Virus record (IMG/VR): IMGVR_UViG_2681813135_000006
Strand: one strand, 5' to 3'
DNA: 18,486 bases
Source of the DNA: a virus
Lineage: Duplodnaviria > Heunggongvirae > Uroviricota > Caudoviricetes
Each line of letters begins with the position of its first letter. Position 1 is the stretch's first letter. A program made the translations under genes and the position numbers. This document shows positions 6,908-12,742 of the stretch, piece by piece. A model generated the notes under the pieces. It was given only the letters and a program-made list of their open reading frames with translations. It searched no databases and was not told the DNA's origin.

Positions 6908-7321
6908 ATGAGGGGCATTTGTTAAAAAACAATAGCCCCACATTAGATCAATATTGGCTCCGGCATTTCTGGATAAAAGCTTCTATGCTACGGCGCTCAT
7001 AGCGAACAATCTTAGCGCTGAACTTTACACGGGGCCAATGTAGACCGGTGTCGGTGTTCTGTATTCCATTTACATAATGTTTTTTGCGTAATTCCCAGCT
7101 TCTGGCATACCTCGCCCGGAGTGAGGAGATCATCAGGTTGCTCAGTCATGTTATGCCTCGCTGTTATCTGGGGTGATGATTAGCAGCTTCCAGATGGCTG
7201 AGACATACATAGCCTGATGTTTCGCATCGACTAGGGCATTATGCATGTCACCTTCAAACGGCATGTCCCGAGTTCTCCCTTTTCGCCGCTTTCGCGTCGC
7301 ATATTCTCCAAACGGTATTTA

Positions 7322-7879
7322 TCAATCATTACTGTTATCCTCGCAGTAGTAGTGCCGTCCCTCTGGGTCAGTAGATACATGTCCGCAGATATCGCATTCA
7401 ATTCCAGGAAGCACCGATTCTGACTGCGCTTTGATATGCAGTCGCGGTTCACCGTCTTTCGGCTCTGGCCACTGGCGGTTTTTGTTAACCGCCAGCTTTT
7501 CTACCATCGCCAGGGTAATCTGCTTATCACTGATACCGGCACGACGTTGCGCATCCCATAACAGGAATTGCATGTCAGCCCATTCGCTCATCTCGTCTGG
7601 TTCCGCAGCAGCCTCGATAGCTTCTTTGGAAAGGTGCTTCAGCGGACCAACTGGACCGACATCGCCGAATGTTTCATCTGACCATGCTGCATGTTCACAG
7701 CGTACCTGCTCACGGGCTATCGACTCCAGAACCCCATCAATCACCTTCACTGCATCAGCCATTGCGTAGCCGAGATTACCGCCGTCGCTTTGTGCTGCTG
7801 CTTTGCTGAGTATTTCGCGTATCTGGTGCAAGCGATCAAGTGATACAGGACCGTGCGCCGGGTGGTTGTTAGTTGTCAT
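7322..7879 (-). CDS. DUF550-like prophage protein (dATP/dGTP pyrophosphohydrolase-like; tentative)
   Basis: 185-aa ORF with ATG at 7879; about 4 nt after the stop of the upstream small gene. Family by recalled similarity to conserved lambdoid prophage proteins. Confidence 0.6.
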   Translation of the reverse strand: MTTNNHPAHGPVSLDRLHQIREILSKAAAQSDGGNLGYAMADAVKVIDGVLESIAREQVRCEHAAWSDETFGDVGPVGPLKHLSKEAIEAAAEPDEMSEWADMQFLLWDAQRRAGISDKQITLAMVEKLAVNKNRQWPEPKDGEPRLHIKAQSESVLPGIECDICGHVSTDPEGRHYYCEDNSND

Positions 7880-7882
7880 GGG

Positions 7883-8083
7883 TTAGTCCTCTACCTTGTT
7901 TCCGCAATGCGGGCAGTAATTGAACTTATGGGCGAATCCAGGATGCGGAACGGCAAAGCGTTTGGTTTTCTCGTTCCAGTCAGCAATTACGATTTCAAAA
8001 TTTACGACCGCATTAGCCCAGTCACTGGAAAGAACTGGCTGCGACCCAATCAGGCCGACTATACAGCGATTACATTTTTCCAC
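7883..8083 (-). CDS. Small zinc-ribbon protein (CxxC...CxxC), hypothetical
   Basis: GTG start at 8083; CNRC near the N-terminus and CPHC near the C-terminus; tightly packed in the operon. Confidence 0.5.
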   Translation of the reverse strand: MEKCNRCIVGLIGSQPVLSSDWANAVVNFEIVIADWNEKTKRFAVPHPGFAHKFNYCPHCGNKVED

Positions 8084-8087
8084 TGAC

Positions 8088-8282
8088 TCACACCCCCTTC
8101 ACGCCAATGCCAGCAGTAAATCGCGACGGTGACCAATCGCAATATGTGTTCGACTCCGTGTGTCCAAAAATTGCTTTACAACGATGGATATGGTGGCAAT
8201 TACCACATGTTATGCCAGCCGGTAATCGCATCTTGTCGGGATCGGCTGGGTCATAATTCAACGCCAGTTTTTCGGTTGTCAT
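8088..8282 (-). CDS. Small Cys/His-rich hypothetical protein (64 aa)
   Basis: ATG at 8282 overlaps the upstream TGA (ATGA); SD GGGGAGG 8 nt upstream; CGNCHHIHRC motif. Confidence 0.5.
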   Translation of the reverse strand: MTTEKLALNYDPADPDKMRLPAGITCGNCHHIHRCKAIFGHTESNTYCDWSPSRFTAGIGVKGV

Positions 8283-8617
8283 GCTGGCATCCTCCCCACG
8301 ATATCTATAACCCGACGCATAACCGCACTTCCCCGAAAATCTGCTGGTAACTCAATCAGAGGCTTACTCGAACCGTATGAGAATCGTTGGAGATCGAAAT
8401 CAATTACAGCCTTTGGGTCCCTGAACAAATCTAGACGACCGTAACGAATGAGTTCGCCGCGTTCGGCTGCTACGCGGAAATACTTCTCAGCAGTCTGACG
8501 ATGCAGCGACAACATCTGTGATGCCTCGCTAACGGTTAAGCGTCCACGGATTTTCACCTCTTCGATGATCACCCGGATAAGTGCCGCCTGCTCTTCTGGT
8601 GTATTTGGTCTTGGCAT
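8279..8617 (-). CDS. Hypothetical HTH-containing protein immediately downstream of the O-like gene
   Basis: ATG at 8617, 2 nt after the O-like TAA, with GGGGG SD; helix-turn-helix-like stretch LTVSEASQMLSLHRQTAEKYFRVAAERGELIRYGR. Confidence 0.6.
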   Translation of the reverse strand: MPRPNTPEEQAALIRVIIEEVKIRGRLTVSEASQMLSLHRQTAEKYFRVAAERGELIRYGRLDLFRDPKAVIDFDLQRFSYGSSKPLIELPADFRGSAVMRRVIDIVGRMPA

Positions 8618-8619
8618 GC

Positions 8620-9531
8620 TTACCCCCTGAATCCGGGTGGGATTGTTTTGTCTGGCTCAGAAATGCGGTTCACATCCCTGCCCGTTTTGCGAGCGTTGAG
8701 AGCGAACTTCGGTTTAAACAGTCCCTGGTACCCGTTGGCGATACTGGTGTTGATCACATCAACGGGGTCATGCCCAGCGTCCAGGCAAGCCTTGAGCAAC
8801 TTGAATGCTTTGGTGACCGTCATTTCGGTCTTGATGGCTTTGCCAGACTGTTGGCGGTAGGCCACCCACTCACTCCAGGACACAGAATCAAGCCACTCAG
8901 GAACGGGAATCGTCAGCGGGTCAAACTTACCCTTCCCCTTTGGGGGATTAGAGGGGGTTAGATCTGTATTTATATTTGTATTTGGAAGAATGTCTTTGGT
9001 GTTCCCTGTTTTCAGGGATACCTCTCCCTGTTTTTGGGGATGGTTATCCCCGTTTTCAGGGATGATTGAAGGGGTAAAATTGCTATCCCTGAATTCAGGG
9101 ATGGTAATAACCCATGTGACAACTTCAGCAGCAGGAAACACCGCTGGACACTTCATGCAATTTGGCTTGGTATACGCCCATTTATCCAGGCTGGTATTAA
9201 TCCCTATGTATCTGGTTTGCCCAATGCGGCGCAGGATGATGATGTTCCGATAGGCAAGGCTCAACACGGCTTCAGAGACGTGTTTCACCTTCAGCGTCGT
9301 TTTATCTGCAATGAGGCTATTGGCGATGCGGTCAGAACTCTTAGACCAGCCATAGGTCAGACGAACGATAGCATTCAGCACCCGGAACTCGCGCCCGGAT
9401 AGTTCGACGATACACAGGGCATCCTGAATCTGGTTGGCCAGGCGCAAATAGCCTTTCTCCAGTTCAGCCATGCTGCTCTCCTGTTTCCCCTGCTGTGTGG
9501 GGAATTTGAATATTTCAGCGGTATTTGACAT
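8620..9531 (-). CDS. Lambda O-like replication initiator; start re-called to ATG at 9531
   Basis: N-terminus MSNTAEIFKFPTQQ...EKGYLRLAN...REFRVLNAIVRLTYGWSKSSDRIANS parallels lambda O (MTNTAKILNF...DGYARLSN...RQFKVLLAILRKTYGWNKPMDRITDS) by recall. Iterons and an AT-rich tract lie inside the gene. SD GGAGAA 5 nt upstream of the ATG. Confidence 0.85.
   Translation of the reverse strand: MSNTAEIFKFPTQQGKQESSMAELEKGYLRLANQIQDALCIVELSGREFRVLNAIVRLTYGWSKSSDRIANSLIADKTTLKVKHVSEAVLSLAYRNIIILRRIGQTRYIGINTSLDKWAYTKPNCMKCPAVFPAAEVVTWVITIPEFRDSNFTPSIIPENGDNHPQKQGEVSLKTGNTKDILPNTNINTDLTPSNPPKGKGKFDPLTIPVPEWLDSVSWSEWVAYRQQSGKAIKTEMTVTKAFKLLKACLDAGHDPVDVINTSIANGYQGLFKPKFALNARKTGRDVNRISEPDKTIPPGFRG
9003..9105. 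repeat. Replication origin iterons: four roughly 18-19 bp palindromic repeats (TCCCTG...CAGGGAT type) inside the O-like gene, with an AT-rich tract at about 8961-8990
   Basis: tccctgttttcagggata (9003), tccctgtttttggggatgg (9025), tccccgttttcagggatga (9047), tccctgaattcagggatgg (9087). Spacing is 22, 22 and 40 bp. Resembles lambda ori iterons, with the AT-rich region downstream in the direction of O transcription. Confidence 0.7.
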
Positions 9532-9615
9532 ACTGTTCTCCGCAATTACGCACAGTTTTTGCACCTGAAAGCCGTTGGTGTTCGAGCACCGCGGCTTTCG
9601 CCATTTCTGAGCCCG

Positions 9616-10173
9616 TCATAGCGCACCACCCAGCATCGTTGTAACCATCGCCATAATGGGCGCCACAGAATCAGGTCCGTCCAGGTAGAGCTTGGCTACG
9701 ATGCTCTCGCTGATTTCCTTCATCCGTTCGTGTCTGGGGGCTTTGAGGACGACAGCCTGTATCGCCTCAGCGTCTTCTTTCACCGACCTGGCGACACGAA
9801 CCGCAAAGCAGTCGTGCTTAATCACGCGATCCCGGTACGCCAGCGGCAGAACCGAAATTATTACCGGCGCCAGCTGCTCGACGTTCGCCCGGTAGGCCGG
9901 TGATTTCTCGTGGTTGTCCAGCCAGCGAAACAGCTTCACGTTCCACACATCGGCGCTGCCGGTCATGTCAATGCTGTCAAGCTCGGCCTGTTCGGCAGCC
10001 TCTTTAATCGCCAGAGCGACCGCCACGCGGCCCTCTGCCGCCGCCCAGGCGCGGACGGCAGAACAGATAGCCCGGTGATCGACCGGCTGGCCTTCAGCCT
10101 CACTGTGTTGATACTGGAATTTCAGGTGCTCTGATGGCGCTCTGTTATTCTGTTGAAAAGAAAGTGTTTGCAT
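9616..10173 (-). CDS. YdaT-like/CII-position regulatory protein (185 aa)
   Basis: ATG at 10173 with AGGAG SD. Directly downstream of the Cro/YdaS-like gene. The motif LAPVIISVLPLAYRDRV resembles the recalled Rac YdaT; family is tentative. Confidence 0.55.
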   Translation of the reverse strand: MQTLSFQQNNRAPSEHLKFQYQHSEAEGQPVDHRAICSAVRAWAAAEGRVAVALAIKEAAEQAELDSIDMTGSADVWNVKLFRWLDNHEKSPAYRANVEQLAPVIISVLPLAYRDRVIKHDCFAVRVARSVKEDAEAIQAVVLKAPRHERMKEISESIVAKLYLDGPDSVAPIMAMVTTMLGGAL

Positions 10174-10184
10174 TGTCAGTGCTC

Positions 10185-10403
10185 CTACTTTGGTAATCCG
10201 TCAGTGGGATTTGGATAGAGATCAGGGCGCAGCTCGTGGGGGGTTACGCCTGTCATTTTGAAAATCGGGAAGATATAGCTTGGCGGGACGATCCCTTGGT
10301 CACGATTCTTCCAATGACTTACAGACATACTCGTCACACCAAGCGCGATGCTGAGCTTTCTGGCAGAGCCAGCGGCTTTAATTGCTTTATCGAGTGCGGA
10401 CAT
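10185..10403 (-). CDS. Cro/YdaS-like HTH regulator (72 aa), divergent from the repressor
   Basis: ATG at 10403 with AGGAG 6 nt upstream. HTH-like KAAGSARKLSIALGVTSMSVSHWKN. Position and size match cro/ydaS in an immunity region. Confidence 0.75.
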   Translation of the reverse strand: MSALDKAIKAAGSARKLSIALGVTSMSVSHWKNRDQGIVPPSYIFPIFKMTGVTPHELRPDLYPNPTDGLPK

Positions 10404-10505
10404 GTGCTTCTCCTGCTTATTGATAGCAGAAGTAAACCACAGATTTATACTTCATGCAAACTTTGGATTTATTGCGTGCATAAACCAAATATTTACAATG
10501 ACCAT
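10404..10505. promoter_or_regulatory. Divergent immunity-region promoter/operator segment between the Cro-like and repressor genes
   Basis: AT-rich 102-bp intergenic region. For the repressor: -35 TTGCGT (10472-10477), -10 TACAAT (10494-10499), with no SD before the ATG at 10506 (leaderless-like). Pseudo-palindromes such as TTATTGCGTGCATAA are candidate operators. Hexamer assignments are inference. Confidence 0.5.
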
Positions 10506-10895
10506 ATGAGAAAAGAAGAACCCAACCTCGTTCTGGTGGAGCGCCTTACTGAGATCACTGATCGCGGCGTTACCAAAGCAGACATGGCAAGAATAGCTGG
10601 AGTCACCCCTCAGGCCGTAAACGGCTGGTTCAAAAAAGGCGTGATTAGTAAGAAATCGGCACTGGCCATAGCCGACGCTGTTGGTATTTCTGTCGCCTGG
10701 CTACTCGGTGAAGACGTTGGGGAGAAAGACGGTCTCAAACCGGACGAACAGCGTTTGCTCGAGCTCTACCGCCAGTTACCGGAAGAAGAGCAGCAGAACA
10801 TGCTCCGCATTTTTGCGCTTCGCCTGAAAGAGTTAGATGAGCTGTACGAGAAGTACATGAAGGGTCGGATTCGATCGCAAGGTGAGCAAACCTAA
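10506..10895 (+). CDS. Prophage repressor, XRE-type HTH, 129 aa, without an S24 peptidase (autocleavage) domain; RacR/CI-like role
   Basis: ATG at 10506. HTH TKADMARIAGVTPQAVNGWFKKG; the C-terminal half is a charged helical region (LLELYRQLPEEEQQNMLRIFALRLKELDELYEKYMK). Divergent from the Cro-like gene. The ORF-track N-terminal extension (from 10236) crosses the promoter region and was rejected. Confidence 0.8.
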   Translation: MRKEEPNLVLVERLTEITDRGVTKADMARIAGVTPQAVNGWFKKGVISKKSALAIADAVGISVAWLLGEDVGEKDGLKPDEQRLLELYRQLPEEEQQNMLRIFALRLKELDELYEKYMKGRIRSQGEQT

Positions 10896-10959
10896 ACCAG
10901 TAGTATCTAATTCCATGTAATAAAAATATTTCAAGATTTAATATCTTCTGGAGGATTCG

Positions 10960-11241
10960 GTGTCTAAAGAAACAACCGTCGAACTTATGCATCTTAATGA
11001 TGTAATCGAAGCGAAAAATTTCATCGAGACCAATGCTGACGGTGTCGTAACAATCGGCACACAAAATGCCGGTTACGAAGTTTACAATTTTGTGTTCCTG
11101 AATAGCAGCCCGATCATCGGTACGGATAATGCGGATATAGTCGTCAAGGGCATGCAGCGAACCAAAGTTGTGTCTGTGACTTTAAGCAAACAAAAGGCTT
11201 ATGATTTTTATCAATCCTTAAAAAGTATGTTTGAGGAATAA
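10960..11241 (+). CDS. Hypothetical 93-aa soluble protein, first gene of an AT-rich pair downstream of the repressor
   Basis: GTG at 10960 with strong SD GGAGGA 4 nt upstream; no TM segment; no family recognised. Confidence 0.65.
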   Translation: MSKETTVELMHLNDVIEAKNFIETNADGVVTIGTQNAGYEVYNFVFLNSSPIIGTDNADIVVKGMQRTKVVSVTLSKQKAYDFYQSLKSMFEE

Positions 11242-11247
11242 TAATTG

Positions 11248-11769
11248 ATGGATGCGGCTCAATCATCTCTTGGTGAAGGGAAGTTATTGATTGCATATTC
11301 AGACCATAGCGGAGCTACAGTAGGCTTAGAGTTTTCATCAGTAGCTTCGAGCCAAGCAACCTTCCTTATGGGTGCTTGTAGTTTTGCCGCTTCGGATAAA
11401 CAAAAACGGATTGTCACATCAGTTGCTATGGATGATACTGAAATCATTCATACGTCAACTGAAGATGGAGGTGACGACATGGAAAAGAGATTGGCTATTC
11501 TTGAGGTTGAAGTTGCCCACATCAAGAAAGATGTTGCCGAGATAAAAAACACAGTTTCAAAAGTTGATACGACAGTGAATTCACTGGACAAAAATATGGC
11601 TGTAGTTTTGGAGAGGCTGTCTAGTATCAAAGAGTCTGTAGACAAAAAGCCCTCATCAGACACAGTGGACAAGAAAATCTCTGATGCTAAATTGGCGATT
11701 CTCTTAGGTGTCCCTGCGATTATCGCCATTGGTACAGGGCTGTACAAAGCTTTTATGCACTTCTTTTAG
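11248..11769 (+). CDS. Hypothetical 173-aa tail-anchored membrane protein with a central coiled-coil-like region
   Basis: ATG at 11248 (SD GAGGAA upstream), 6 nt after the previous stop. Heptad-like segment EKRLAILEVEVAHIKKDVAEIKNTVSKVDTTVNSLDKNMAVVLERLSSIKESV, then a single C-terminal hydrophobic helix LAILLGVPAIIAIGTGLY. AT-rich. A strong terminator follows. Confidence 0.7.
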   Translation: MDAAQSSLGEGKLLIAYSDHSGATVGLEFSSVASSQATFLMGACSFAASDKQKRIVTSVAMDDTEIIHTSTEDGGDDMEKRLAILEVEVAHIKKDVAEIKNTVSKVDTTVNSLDKNMAVVLERLSSIKESVDKKPSSDTVDKKISDAKLAILLGVPAIIAIGTGLYKAFMHFF

Positions 11770-11841
11770 TCAGATTTGGTCAATACGCCTGAGTTATAAG
11801 GCTCTCAGCTACTAACTCTGTCGCCTTCCCCGAACCTTCTC

Positions 11842-11869
11842 ATCCCGACCACGCGTCGGGATTTTTTTT
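11842..11869 (+). terminator. Rho-independent terminator ending the repressor-side operon
   Basis: ATCCCGAC-cacgc-GTCGGGAT (8-bp perfect stem) followed by T8. Confidence 0.8.
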
Positions 11870-11943
11870 GCCTGCGATTCTGCAGACGTGTCACAAAACC
11901 CAGCCACATAAACCTCAGATTTACAATTAACACTAACCTTAAG

Positions 11944-11972
11944 TTGACACATATATAAACCAGTGATTTAAT
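11944..11972 (+). promoter_or_regulatory. Putative sigma70 promoter (early-left-like) driving the kil/recE/recT side
   Basis: -35 TTGACA (11944-11949), 17-bp spacer, -10 TTTAAT (11967-11972). An ATTTACAAT motif just upstream (11919-11927) is also present in the immunity region (10491-10499). Confidence 0.45.
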
Positions 11973-12224
11973 CTAACTCACCAAGACGCACCACGAACCA
12001 CCCAGGCATGGAGCCCACGAAGTAGCCGTCCGGGGCATACGAAAACCGGAATGAGGTGGTGATATTAACGCGCAGTAGGTTTGAAACGTTCCGCCAGCCT
12101 GGCGACAAGGGCAAACACAGAAGTGAGCTTCGCGGTGGTGAATTGCAGAGTTAAAACGCTCAACTGTGAAGATCAGCGTCACGGCACCACCAGCGAAGTT
12201 CACTCAGCAATAGTGGAGAACATC

Positions 12225-12431
12225 ATGGTTCATCAGCACTACGGTACACAGACAGTAAACCGCGGCGCAGTTCAGCCGGGGATGCTTGTAAAACACAAAG
12301 ACTCAACCTGGACCGCATCTGCTAACGCACGCGGTCGCCTGTATCTTCACCGTGGCATCGAACGTACCTACACCAAAGATTTGCTGGTTGAGGTTTATCT
12401 AAACGGTTTAGGACATGGCCTTAGCCATTAA
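12225..12431 (+). CDS. Kil-like small protein (KilR-family, FtsZ-inhibitor type), 68 aa
   Basis: ATG at 12225 with SD GGAG 4 nt upstream. MVHQHYGTQ...ASANARGRLYLHRG resembles the recalled Rac KilR pattern. The ORF-track entry with a TTG start at 12081 is probably an over-extension. Confidence 0.55.
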   Translation: MVHQHYGTQTVNRGAVQPGMLVKHKDSTWTASANARGRLYLHRGIERTYTKDLLVEVYLNGLGHGLSH

Positions 12432-12442
12432 CGGAGTGAGTT

Positions 12443-12604
12443 ATGCAGGAGAAAAAATGCGCGTACTGCCGCAAGCCGATCAAGCAAGGGAAGGAAGTTA
12501 AAAACGAACTGCTCTTTATCCACGGCACGCAGTTGAAACGCGAGCAACGTGATTACTGTTCAGTACGTTGCGCTTCGTTCGACCAGATGGCCCACGAAGC
12601 ATAA
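12443..12604 (+). CDS. YdaE-like small zinc-ribbon protein, 53 aa (not in the ORF track)
   Basis: ATG at 12443 with SD GGAG 6 nt upstream. MQEKKCAYCRKPIKQGKEVKNELLFIHGTQLKREQRDYCSVRCASFDQMAHEA has paired Cys residues (CxxC...CxxxC). Same position as ydaE between kilR and recE in Rac. Confidence 0.55.
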   Translation: MQEKKCAYCRKPIKQGKEVKNELLFIHGTQLKREQRDYCSVRCASFDQMAHEA

Positions 12605-12742
12605 CGAAAACCCCGCGCAAGGCGAGATTCACGTCCGGTGCCACCGACCAAAGTTACACCGGAATTTATACCAAACCAAAAAACATCCAATGGGCGCTAT
12701 CTCTGGCCCGGGGATTCTAACACTCAAAAAAGAGGATCTCAC

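Noticed and set aside
6948-7133. 61-aa basic minus-strand ORF
   Set aside because: No RBS and no recognisable features. It could be real but the evidence is insufficient to call it.
9003-9105. Repeat cluster considered as a possible CRISPR array
   Set aside because: Only four repeats, each an internal palindrome, with 22-bp periodicity and no unique spacers, located inside the O-like gene. These are origin iterons.
10236-10505. 219-aa ORF-track version of the repressor starting at 10236
   Set aside because: It would read through the divergent promoter/operator region and overlap the Cro-like gene start. The HTH domain begins right after the ATG at 10506.
10735-11747. Minus-strand ORFs 10735..11064, 11259..11447 and 11448..11747
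   Set aside because: Antisense to the repressor and the two downstream genes, without RBS; the plus-strand genes have strong SDs and coherent protein features.
12638-12742. 35-aa N-terminal extension of the recE-like ORF
   Set aside because: The ATG at 12743 has a good SD (AGAGGA) and yields an N-terminus that parallels RecE; the extension overlaps the ydaE-like to recE intergenic region.
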